Positions 53,301-64,000 of a stretch of DNA of 64,000 nt are shown here, in pieces (the stretch's first letter is position 1; the number at the start of each line of letters is the position of its first letter). The stretch is from the NCBI GenBank assembly GCA_002189035.1, contig NEEC01000014.1:1922001-1986000 (forward strand), read 5' to 3'. Below the pieces are notes generated by a model. The model ran no database searches and had not been told where the DNA came from. It saw only the letters and a program-made list of their open reading frames with translations. Made by a program: the position numbers and the translations under genes. This stretch comes from Utricularia gibba (taxonomy: Eukaryota; Plantae; Magnoliophyta).

Positions 53301-55568
53301 ACCGGAGGCTTTAAAGTGTGTGCCATGCCTTTCTTTGGATGATATTCCTAAAAAGCCAATAACAGTGCCCACTGAGGTGTTTATCCTTTTTTTTCTTTGT
53401 AATTTTCCGTTCTTCGTTTTTCCGAACTTTTTTCATGCGCAGGTTACTTCGATCAATGGTGTTGATGTTTTGCAACATGATCTATTCACCAATGATGTTG
53501 TTTATGCGGAGGTTGTATTTAATATGAGTGGCTTGCAGCAAGATCTTCTTCCGCTAGTCCCATTGTTCTGGTATGCTCATGACTGCTAATTATTGTCAGA
53601 TTCCTAATTTAATTCTCCATATCCATACGGTCCATCACACTAGTACAAACTATTAGGTTATATTTTTGTGTGTTTGGAGTTTTGTGAGATTCTTCTGATC
53701 TTGCTCTATGGGGATTCCCTTGTCTTCAGCTTTCTTTATACTTTTACAAAAGATTCTGTTATATGCATGGACATATTGACAGCCAGTCCCTTCTTGAGAT
53801 GGGCACAAAGGACATGGACTTTGTACAACTAAATCAGTTAATTGGTAGAAAAACTGGAGGGATATCAGTATACCCTTTAACTTCATCAGTACGTGGTAAG
53901 GAAGAACCTTGCACACGAATTATTGCCCGAGGAAAAGCTACATCAGAACGAGTTGAAGATCTGTTCCATCTGGTAGGTTACCACAGATTTATGATAATCT
54001 ATCAGTTTCCATTGTGACTTCACATGTTTAGAGCAGTGTGTTGATACAATTATTTTTTAGGTTTTCTTGATGATCTGCATGTAATGAATTTGTGATATTG
54101 TAAACCAGGTTAATTGCGTTCTTCAGGATGTTCAACTAACAGACCAAAAGCGTTTCAAGCAGTTTGCTTCGCAAAGCAAAGCCAGAATGGAGGTCGATCC
54201 TTCTAGTTGGGGAATCTGAATCGATTTTGCTTTTGAAGTACATGAGGCTAATATCTTATTTTTTTCAGAACCGTTTAAGAGGCAGTGGCCATGGCGTTGC
54301 AGCTGCAAGGTTGGATGCAAAACTCAATGCTGCTGGTTGGATATCGGAACAAATGGGTGGTGTCAGGTTCATTTTCTCAATTTATTTCTACCTCTTTACA
54401 TTTAATTTTTCAGTCTGAGACCTACAAGCATACATTGCACCTGCCCCCATAACCAAGTTGGTAATCACAACGGCTGCTGTTTATGTTGAGGTTGCAGTTA
54501 CCTGGAATTTTTGCGTGACCTTGAAAAGAAAATTGATGATGACTGGTCAGCAGTATCATCTTCCCTTGAAGAGATCCGCCGAACACTGATTTCGAAAAAT
54601 GGATGCCTCTTGAATCTTACTGCTGATGAGAAAACTCTTAGAAAGTCGGAGAGGTATATCAGCAAATTCATTGATTCCCTTCCTGTTACATCCACCGTTG
54701 GATCGAATGATTGGAGTTCTCGGATCCCCCAACAAATGAAGCCCTCGTTGTTCCTACTCAGGTTAATAAATTGACACTCCCACACTGGCTTTCGCACTTC
54801 GGAGTTAGAAGATTCTGAGTTTTTGGATCATGTGAACGTCGTTTTGCAGGTGAATTATGTGGGAAAAGCAGCCAACATATTCGAGACAGGCTACCAACTC
54901 AAAGGCAGTGCTCATGTCATTACCAAATACCTGAACAATACTTGGCTGTGGGACCGGGTGCGAGTCAGCGGTGGAGCATATGGTGGATTTTGTGACTTCG
55001 ACTCTCACTCAGGTACCGCAAGCCATCGACGCGGTTGCAATGCTCGTAGATTGAATCATCATAACATAACCATGTTCTTCCTTGTCCAGGTGTTTTCTCC
55101 TACTTATCTTACAGAGACCCCAATTTGCTGGGCACCCTTGATGTCTACGATGGAACCAGTAACTTCTTAAGAGAGCTTGAAATGGATAACGATGCCCTCA
55201 CAAAGGCCATCATCGGCACAATAGGAGATGTTGATGCTTATCAGCTCCCCGACGCCAAGGGATACAGCAGGTACGGGTTCACACGCCCTCCTTATCGAAG
55301 ATCGGTTTCTTCCACTCTTGTCATTCTAACGATGACCACCGATTCCCTGCTTCAGTTTACAGAGATACTTGTTAGGGATCACTGAGGAGGATCGGCAGAT
55401 CAGAAGAGAAGAGATCCTGTCCACAAGGTTGGCTGATTTCAAGGAATTCGCAGACTTCATCGAGGCCGTGAAAGACAAAGGCATTGTGGTGGTCGTTGCG
55501 TCCCCAACGACGTCGATGCTGCCAACCTCCTACGGCCCAACTTCTTCCATGTGAACAAGGCGCTTTGA
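50342..55568 (+). CDS. PREP: Presequence protease (PreP, M16C zinc metallopeptidase); three apparent 1-nt frameshifts
   Basis: Targeting peptide followed by NKVFGIVFRTPP, HILEHSVLCGSRKYPLKEPF (inverted HxxEH), NAFTYPDRT, GVVFNEMKG and WDRVRVSGGAYGG. Frame breaks occur at 52604-52607, 54726-54730 and 55502-55505. Restoring one base at each gives GGGVENDLLQPQFSIGLKG, SRIPPTNEALVVPTQ and ASPNDVDAAN...VNKAL*. Confidence 0.93.
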
Positions 55569-56316
55569 AATATGCAAAGTTTACTAGAATGCAGAGGAAG
55601 TTGGTCCTGTTGATAGCCTGAAACAGGCAGATTCTGGGATCAACTTCTGCACATCCATTTTCGCCGGATCACTGCCGGCATGAACATCAAAGGATAAAGA
55701 CTCCAACCCACCTCAATTAAATGATCCTGCCCTTGCGTAGAATAGTATTTATTACTTGGGAGCAACTCGTCCTACATAATCAACTACAGAGATTGATGGA
55801 GAGTAACATCAACGACCCCACATTTCAATCAATCCCTGTGTTGCACTTATGCTTGCCCTCTTGCATTTCTTTTCCCCATATAATTAGAGATTCTGGGCAT
55901 CATATGTGAAAAAGCGGACTAATTATAGTGTTCATTTTTTACTTGTCTGAAACACAAGGGAGAGATAAGGAGATTTGTGAATAACCCGTTATTTGAAGTC
56001 ATGCCGCCTTTTTGGACAACACTTACTAATGGAAGAGGTAGTGTTGTTACACAGATGTCGGATCATTAAACGTCCCATGAAGCGACAGCTGTTGTCTTGA
56101 CTCGGCGTACATGATGATTGGGGAGTTGATCGGTGAGGACTGACGTTGACGCATCCAATTAATAATTGTAATTTTATAATTGCGGTATTATTATTATTAT
56201 TATTGTTATATCAAATACCAGTTAATTTTATTATACAGCAAGTAAGGCGGGTGTACACATTATTGAATCCCAAGTGGTGCGTGCAAGGGGGCCGGATGGA
56301 CATTCGAAAAGAGAGG

Positions 56317-57254
56317 TCACTCGCCATGGATGAAAGCTGCCACTTTCTGGAGGAAGCTCTTGCTGTTCTGGTTATCAGGGAAGAGGACACTGTACACATG
56401 CTGCTCTCCTTCGGCGTCGATCAGCTCAACGTCTCCTCCCCAACCGCTCTTCACCAATGCTTCTTTGTAGATCAGAACTCTCTCCCTCAAGAAATCATGC
56501 TCGCCCGTGAAGATTAGCGCCCTCTTGGGCGTCAATTTGCGCAAGTTTTCATCTTTTACAGGATTGATCCTGGGATCATCAAGTCCAGTTGCTCCATTCC
56601 AGACATGGATCCACAGTTTGTCGGTGAAGTCTTTGGTGTAGAGCGGGTGATCCTTCTCGTTCCCCAGGTAGCCTTCGCCACCGAAGAATGGGCAGTTCAG
56701 GATAGCGCCGACCACGGTGATGGATTCCAGGGGTTCGGTCGCAGCACGGAGGGAGACGTAGTGGGCGATGTTGCCTCCGGCGCTGTCTCCGGAGATGAAC
56801 ACGCGGGTCGGGTCCGCGAATTCGGAGATCCATTCCTCGCCGCCGGACCCCGACGCGATCCATTTGAGGGCTAGCCATGAATCCTCGTAGGCAGCGGGGA
56901 GTGGGTGCTCGGGGGCTAATCTGTACTCCACGGAAACCGACACGACGTTGGCCGCAGCGGTGGTGGCTTTCAGATGGGCATCGTAGAGCGCGCCGAAGGC
57001 CGACTCGATGGCAAAACCGCCGCCGTGGTAAAAGACGAGAAGCGGCAGTTTCTTAGACGGAAGCGCGTCACGTGGAAGGTAAAGACGGGCTGATACGGGG
57101 ATCTCGGGATCGATCACCGCATCCTTTGTACGGACTCCGGTGAGTGGGTCCTCGGACGGAGGGACTCTCGGGAGAATATCAGCCTCTCCACTCGGCCGTC
57201 TTTGTATTGCCGGAATGCCGGAGCGAAATCATGGAGGATATCTTCAGTGGCCAT
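56317..57254 (-). CDS. CXE: Carboxylesterase (CXE, alpha/beta hydrolase_3), copy 1; apparent frameshift at 57170-57172
   Basis: The span is 938 nt; adding one base gives 312 aa. Motifs: MATEDILHDF..FRQYKDGRVERL, LVFYHGGGF, VEYRLAPEHPLPAAYEDSW, GDSAGGN (catalytic Ser), GEHDFL and EQHVY. Confidence 0.9.
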
Positions 57255-57686
57255 CCCCGCCTTTTCCAGTGAACAATTCACTAGTCTCCCGCTACTGCGG
57301 AGACAAATCAATTTATAAGGAGGAAAGCGTTCACCACTGCTCCTTCTCGGTGGTAGGCGCCGCCGGCGACATACAACTCCTACCAGAGGACGCGTGCCCA
57401 ATCACACATCGTATTTTTCAAACATACGTCATGCATTACTCAATTTGTGTGTCTGTGTTCTCACCAAACAACCAGTCAGAGGACGCGTGCCCAATTATTA
57501 CCCGCTACTGTTCCACAGAGACCACCCTTGTCAAAGCCACTAACATATTTAAAACAATATTACATTGAATTCTATTAAGGGTTTGGTTCTTACGTTGATA
57601 GGAAAAAAGAGAAAGACTTATCACTTGTTTTATTGAACGAAGGATAGCAGAAGAGGACCCCCGGGGAAAGGAAAAGGGACCCCGAG

Positions 57687-58633
57687 TCAGTGATCATTGA
57701 TGAAAGCTGCCACTTTCTTGAGGAAGCTCTTGCTGTTCTCGCTATAAGGGAAGAGGACACTGTACACATGGTGCTCTCCTTCACTGTCGATCAGCTCAAC
57801 TTCTCCTTCCCACCCGCATTTCGTCAGACCTTCCTTGTAGACCAGAGCTCTCCGCCGGAAGAAATCATGCTCACCAGTGAAGATCAACACCTTTTTGTGC
57901 TGCAATTTGTGCAAGTTTTCATCTTTCAGGGGGTTGATCCTGGGATCATCAAGCCCTGTTGCTCCGTTCCAAACGAAGCGCCACATTCTGTCAATATACT
58001 CTTTTCTTTGAATGGGGTGATCTTCCTCGCTCTCCAGGCATTCTTCGCCGCCGAAGAATGGGCAATTAAGGATGGCACCGACCAAGGTGATGGAACCCGG
58101 GGGTTCAATCGAGGCGCGGAGGGAGACGTAGTGGGCGAGATTGCCTCCGGCGCTATCTCCAGCGATGAAAACGCGGTTCAGATCCGCGAATTCGGAGATC
58201 CACTCTTCGCCGCCGGATCCCGACGCGATCCATTTGAGGGCTAGCCATGAATCCTCGTAGGCGGCTGGGAGTGGGTGCTCGGGGCTAATCTGTACTCCAC
58301 GGAAACTGCCACGACGTTGGCCTCCGCCGTGGTGGCTTTGACATGGGCGTCGTAGCGTGCTCCGAAGGCTGATTCGATGGCGAAAGCGCCTCCGTGGTAG
58401 AAGACGAGAAGCGGCAGTTTCTTTGACGGAATCGCGTCACGTGGAAGGTATATACGAGCGGATACCGGGATCTCGGGATCGATTACGACGTCCTTTGAAC
58501 GAACTCCGGTGACTGGGTCCTCTGACGGAGGGACTTTTGGGGCGTCTATGAGCCTTTCCACTCGGCCATCTTTGTATTGCCGGCATATCGGAGAAAGATC
58601 ATGCAGGACTTCCGTGGATTCTTCAGTCGCCAT
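57687..58633 (-). CDS. CXE: Carboxylesterase (CXE), tandem copy 2; apparent frameshift at 58281-58284
   Basis: The span is 947 nt; adding one base gives 315 aa. Motifs: HGGAF, GDSAGGN, GEHDFF and EHHVY. The G-run in the YRLAPEH codons has 4 G, versus 5 G in copy 1 (56911-56915). Confidence 0.9.
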
Positions 58634-59039
58634 CACGGCGTATTCCGGCAGCAGTTTACTTGTCAATCGCTGCTGCGCAGAAAACCAATTTATAGGGGGG
58701 CGTCTGATGCTATCAGTGGGTTGGTGGCAGCCGCCGGCGTGGCTTCCAACTCTCACCAAACAAGTAACGATAGGGTTCGTTTTATAATTAATTTAGATAC
58801 GACTGAAATTTTCCAAAGTTTATGGACTAAAATGTAACATTGTAATTATTGAAGATTTGCTAAAGAGCCCCTCCCGCAGACTCCACAAGGACGAAGACCG
58901 AAATAAAAAATGTGGAGGCACTTAACCTGAAATTAGCGCTGAAATTTCAAACCTGGAAACGACGGCGTTCGGCGACAGAGACGGTAGGGTTTTCCAATCG
59001 GAGACGATAGCTCTGCGGTAAGTGGATTTGGGGGAGACG

Positions 59040-60352
59040 ATGGATCAATCGCTTTTCATGATGCTCTCCAATCTGCTTCACCTTCACGACTACCTCGATC
59101 CAACAACTTCCACGGCCGTCTCCTCCTTTGCCGCCGCTGACGCCACCTCCGCTTCGTCCGCCCAACTCCTCTTTTGTACCATCGCCACGGTTCTCACATA
59201 CATCGCCTCCCAGCCTTTTCCCAAAAAGGCCGTGAAACCCTCTTCTCCTTCGTCTTCAGCGGCGAAGCCTTCCTCGGAATTCTCCGTCGCCGCCTTCCGG
59301 GCCCTCTCCACAGAACACATATGGTCCATGGAAGCCCCTCTACGAGACGCCCAGTGGCGATCTTTGTACGGCTTATCTTACCCTGTTTTCACCACTATCG
59401 TTGAGAAGCTTAAACCTTACATTACACAGTCTCAGCTTTCTCTGCCTTCTGATTACGCCGTTGCCATGGTTCTTTCCCGTTTAGCTCACGGCCTGAGTCT
59501 CAAAACTCTAGCTTCACGTTATGCTCTGGAGCCTTACTTGATTTCCAAGATTACGAACATGGTTACCCGCCTACTGGCAACTAAGTTGTATCCTGAATTC
59601 ATCAAGATCCCCGTCTCTCGTCGCAGACTAATCGAGACCACTCAGGGTTTTCAGGAAATTACTTCTCTTCCCAATGTTTGTGGTGCCATTGATACCACTC
59701 CAATAAAGCTCCACAAGCTCGGCCCAGATACTGCTAATAGTTCATTGTACTATTCTAAGCATGGTTTCCCGTCAGTTCTTCTGCAGGTTGTTGCTGATCA
59801 AAAGAAGATCTTTTGGGATGTTTGTGTTAAGGCCCCTGGTGGATGTGATGATGCTACTCACTTTAGGGACAGTTTACTGTACAATAAGCTGATTTCTGGG
59901 GATATTGTTTGGGAAAAAGCTGTTAATATCCAAGGACAGCCCGTGAGACCTTACATAGTTGGAGATTGGTGCTTTCCCCTATTGTCTTTTCTGCTCACTC
60001 CATATACTTACAACAAGACCTCATGTAGTCCTGCGCAAAATGCATTCGATGATGCGTTGATGAAGGGGAGAAGTGCCGTGGAAGAAGCCATTTGTTTGCT
60101 TAAAGGGAGGTGGAAAATATTGCAGGATTTGAACGTGGGCTTGAACCATGCTCCCCAAACAATAGTTGCTTGCTGTGTGTTGCATAATCTGTGCCAGATT
60201 GCAAGGGAGCCGGAGCCAGACACATGGAAGGAACCAGAAGAGAGGGGCAGCCTCCTAGAGTTCTGGAGAACGAGAAGTCATGCTATTACTACGGCGAGAG
60301 CTTGAGGCAGACTCTGGCCAATGAGGTGTATCAACGGTTGCCTTCAAGTTGA
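59040..60352 (+). CDS. Domesticated PIF/Harbinger transposase-derived nuclease (HARBI1/ALP1-like); apparent frameshift at 60244-60247
   Basis: Intronless, with DDE-type motifs CGAIDTT, LLQVVAD, YIVGDWCFPL and AVEEAI..LKGRW, and ACCVLHNLC. Restoring one G gives the C-terminus GQPPRVLENEKSCYYYGESLRQTLANEVYQRLPSS* (437 aa). No TIRs or adjacent Myb/SANT partner ORF were seen. Confidence 0.87.
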
Positions 60353-60868
60353 GCCAAAGCAGATTTTTAATCCGCATTGGGTAGCTGCATTCAGCATTAG
60401 TTTCCTCATATCTTATCTCCATATGGAGTTGATGGCAATGAAAACAGACGCAGATCAAGGAAACTTAGAGGATCAGTCACATTTTTTTGAGCTTCATCAG
60501 TAGTTGTATCTGGAAAGGGTCTCAAAATCTGATTGACAATGGCTTTTGTATGCGTATATATGTGATTGTAGAATTTAGTTACTCCAAGCACTCTGTTCAC
60601 TTTGCAAATACCATGGTCTACTTTTATCCCAAGATGAAATCTATTCTAAGGTAGAAAGAAGAAAACTCATGGTGGAAAGTACAGTGAACTCATTTTAACG
60701 GAATGGGGTGTAACTTGGGCCTTCGTTATAAAGATGTGGCCGACTTTTTCCGGCCTGCTTGGGATGTTTCAAATATCACGTATTTTGGGTATCCCCGCGG
60801 AGATCCAGTGCGTCCTACGCTGACAGCGCATAATCGCCGGCAGGGGGGTACAAATCGGCGGGAGATCA

Positions 60869-62843
60869 ATGGGCCCGGTAAAGGCGGCGGCGCGTACAGT
60901 ATCACAGCAAGCATTCGATGAGATGGTACAGGAAAACATAGATGATCTAGGAATGGATCCTGTTGAAGCTCTAGAGGACGCCGTGCAAACTCTCACTCTT
61001 CAAGGCGTCGATCTCTCCGGTTCTTATCTTTTTACCAGGTTTCGTTACTATTTTTCTAGAATGGAGGAGCTTTAACTATAGCATTTTGAAAAAAAAAAAA
61101 AAACTTAGGTATTGTGACTTGCCTGCCTGGAGAAACCAATCCGGTAATCGATTGCTTGAGGAAATTGGAAGAGGTGAAGGGGAGCTCGGAGATTAGAGAA
61201 CTTCTGGACGACCTTTGTGTGCTTTGCAGCAATAAAGATTCAGGAAATGCTGCCATTGCGGCAAAAAATGGGGCGATCGAGTTGCTGATTTCATTATGCA
61301 AAAAGCTGTGGGAAGAGGATGACCCGGCCTTGGTTTCGGCGCTGAACGCCATGGCTTCCGTAATTCATGGTATATACTGCTTTATCATGAGATTACTTTT
61401 ACAGTTCTATTTCATGACTTGATTAATGATTTTCAGATGTTGGAAGCTCTAACTTATTCAATGAGAAACGTGGCCCAAAGCTCGTGGTTGATATACTGAG
61501 GAAGGAAAGCGAAGATGTGAAGGTATTCAATAGCTCCTTTTCAGTTGTAGCCGCTGCTTCAACTGGTAATGAAGTTCTGAAAGAGTCGTTCGTGGACTTG
61601 AAAATTGATGAGATAGTTCTCCATATGCTGAAACAATATAGTGGAGGAAGCATTTCAAGCATATACGATGCTATACGCATCATCCTGTCAGCTGATGACA
61701 ATCGAGTTGTTGCCTCACAGGTATACTCACAGGGATCATCGCGGGTTGAGATAGATTTATTCTTTGGCTGAGTTACCTTGCCATGACTCGATTTTCATTC
61801 TCTAGCACTCTTTTTGTTAGAAAAAAAAGGTGTTTATGTAGTTAAGTTTTCAACTAATGATATCAGGTTTATGGTTATGCTCGACAATTCTCAAAGTTAG
61901 GCATTGCTGAGGTTCTTGTGAACTCTCTTCGTGGAGGAGTGAATTCTCCATATTTAGTATCAGCCAGCACTGCACTGAAAGCCTTGGCTGTCAATGTAAG
62001 TCTTTCAATTCTGAAGTTTTTCATACTTCATGCTCCTGTCTGGTTAATTCATTTCCAAATTTTGAGATTCCTGGTGATTTTTGATGTTTGTGGAAGGATG
62101 AGATTTGCAAGTCCATTTCTAACACCAGGGGTGTAGATGTTGTTCTTCATTGCATAGAAGAGAGTGGTTTACAGGGCAATGATACTGCGGGGCAAGCTTG
62201 CTGCTCGTTACTGTCTAAGGTACCATCTTGAACATTTGCTAAGTAATCCATGCTTGGTTGCTGTTGCCTGAATGAGCTATGTGGATAGCTTGCAGGCAGT
62301 GATGACATTAAGAGAGAAATTGTTGAACTGGGAGGCGTAGAGAAGCTCATAAACCTATCAACAAGATTTTCTGGTAATCCTTCAGTGCTTCAAGAGGTAA
62401 GCATCTTGAAAATACGTGTGTATCATCGATCTTTCTATGCGTTTTCCCCAATTCCTACCACTTCTTCCAAGGTTATGTCCGTTATCTGCGCTCTCTGCTT
62501 GAGAACTCCTGAGAACGCGGCCCATGCAATAAAATCTGGAGCCGGGGATCTCGCCATTGAAGCCATGCAGAGGTTTCCGCAGTCGGAACAACTTCAAAGA
62601 AACTCATGCTTCATGATCAGAAATCTGGTGGCTAGGAATCCTGAGAACAGGTAAAAATCCCTTGGAATCCATTTCTTTTCTAATGTTAATGTCCTCTACC
62701 CGGCTTTAACAACACGCAGAAAGCTTCTGCTGAACAATGGTATCGAGGAACTAATCAGAAGAGCAAAGCAGAACCACAAAAGCTGCAAAGACGCCGCCAC
62801 GGATGCGCTCAGGGACTTGGGAGTTGCTAATTATAACTTGTGA
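60869..62843 (+). CDS. Armadillo-repeat protein (ARMC6-like), multi-exon
   Basis: MGPVKAAARTVSQQAFDEMVQENIDDLGMDPVEALEDAVQTLTLQGVDLSG..., followed by ARM-like helical exons (LSADDNRVVASQ, LCLRTPENA, CFMIRNLVARNPEN). The terminal exon reads ...KDAATDALRDLGVANYNL*. Confidence 0.85.
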
Positions 62844-62997
62844 ACCCATCCTACTTCCTACTCACTGGAGATTTTGTTCAAATTCCGTTGTCTTGAAACT
62901 GGATACTTTTGTTCACTTGTTGCGTATCTGGTTTGTGTTATCTGCTCTTCGACCAATTATACAATACTCAGGTTTTCTTAGAACCAGTAACAGCATA

Positions 62998-63270
62998 TTT
63001 ACTCATTTTGGGAAATGGTGATATGGTATTTAAAAAAATGAAATAAATATTTCGAAAATAAGTAAATTTGTTTTTTATTTTTTTCGGAAACGAAAATGAG
63101 TAAATCCGATTTCTTTTTGAAAATGATTTAAAATATAATTTAAAATATTTATTTTAATATTATGATTAAATAATGAAAATTTAAAGAAATTTAATAATTT
63201 AATTTTCAGAAATACCATATTAGTATTTCAGAAACGAGTAAAAATAATATTTTCGAAAACGAGTAAAAAT
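62998..63270. mobile_element. AT-rich MITE-like element with about 33-bp imperfect inverted arms
   Basis: Left arm TTTACTCATTTTGGGAAATGGTGATATGGTATTT (62998-63031) resembles the reverse complement of 63210-63242 (TTTACTCGTTTCTGAAATACTAATATGGTATTT). GAAAxGAGTAAA subrepeats occur internally and at about 63255-63270. Confidence 0.5.
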
Positions 63271-64000
63271 ACTCTAACTATAACAACTACAATGCTGACA
63301 TAGTGAAATCACTGCTACTGAAAATAGTGTTGTTCATTTCTGGGGATTCCACCGGAGATGGGTTGTTAGACAACAATGTCTGTACCAGAAGAACGAATGC
63401 GTGCCCAGGTTCTTTCACCTTCCGAAGCATCGCCGCCGTCTCGCCGCCGAGATGGTGGTGGCACAGCCGGGCCGTTCAAAGCCTTCATTTCCGGCCCAGA
63501 CTTAGTCAGGGCGGCGCGACTAAGTGGGCCGACAAAATGGCATCACGGTTTGGCCCATATCAACTGAGGTGTGTTCGTTACACGTGTCACTCGGGGGATA
63601 AGAAGTACGTCACACTAGCCGTTAAAATCCTATTGCATGAGGTTGAAGAAATTTCTTCGTCTCACGAGCGCGCACTCTCTTCCTCACAACGCGTCGTGTA
63701 ATAAATAAAAGGCGTAGGATGGAGGAATCGCTTTACCAGCACGAGAATCGCAGAGTCCTCTTGAGCCATAAAGTGATGTTTGAGCAATTCAATGGGGTGG
63801 GAAGAAAAACCAGAATTGGTTTTAGTGGCGGGTGAGGTGTGTCATGTGTGGCTTATGGGTAAGCAAGTGATGTTCTTCACGAGGATGTGAGGCCGACCAT
63901 TTCTCTGTATTTGGTTTGTCAAGCTTATCTCGTCGGTCATTCTTTTTTTGGAGAAGTTTTGGATATTTTTATACACCTTTAACGAGGCGGGAGTTTGTGG

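Noticed and set aside
57690-58244. Plus-strand 184-aa ORF, plus similar ones at 56146-56517 and 56605-56874
   Set aside because: They are antisense shadows of the CXE genes; their similarity only reflects the duplication.
63303-63701. ORFs of 132 and 63 aa near the right edge
   Set aside because: No homologous motif recognised; the region is rich in site II (GGCCCA/TGGGCC) motifs and looks like a promoter.

Overview
A gene-dense stretch of a eudicot nuclear genome. I count about 23 protein-coding genes in 64 kb, with GT-AG introns mostly 70-300 bp long and short intergenic gaps. The compact layout suggests a small-genome plant, which is an inference. In order, the genes are: a UGT84A-type glucosyltransferase cut by the left edge, MYB44-like, CDC123, plastid PGDH, cyclin D3, a C2/CaLB proline-rich protein, RPS16, a RING-H2 E3 ligase, thioredoxin m3, MCCB, COR27/28-like, CYP707A, an uncharacterised plant protein, ERF109-like, CYPRO4/VID27-like, a calmodulin-like protein, DYW2-type PPR, ATG2, presequence protease, two tandem carboxylesterases, a domesticated Harbinger nuclease and an ARM-repeat protein. 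There is no CRISPR array, rRNA, tRNA or autonomous transposon. The strongest cross-cutting signal is ten apparent 1-nt deletions in eight genes, each coinciding with a short G/C homopolymer run. This most likely reflects assembly error rather than pseudogenisation. Features that merit follow-up are a spliced-looking non-coding locus containing a box C/D-like element (about 32-33.3 kb), an unexplained island at 18-19.2 kb, active-site-adjacent substitutions in TRX-m3 and CYP707A, an evening-element promoter shared by MCCB and COR27/28, and two MITE-like elements. I did not find convincing evidence of a wholly new biological system. All gene identities come from recognising translated motifs by eye; no database searches were run.
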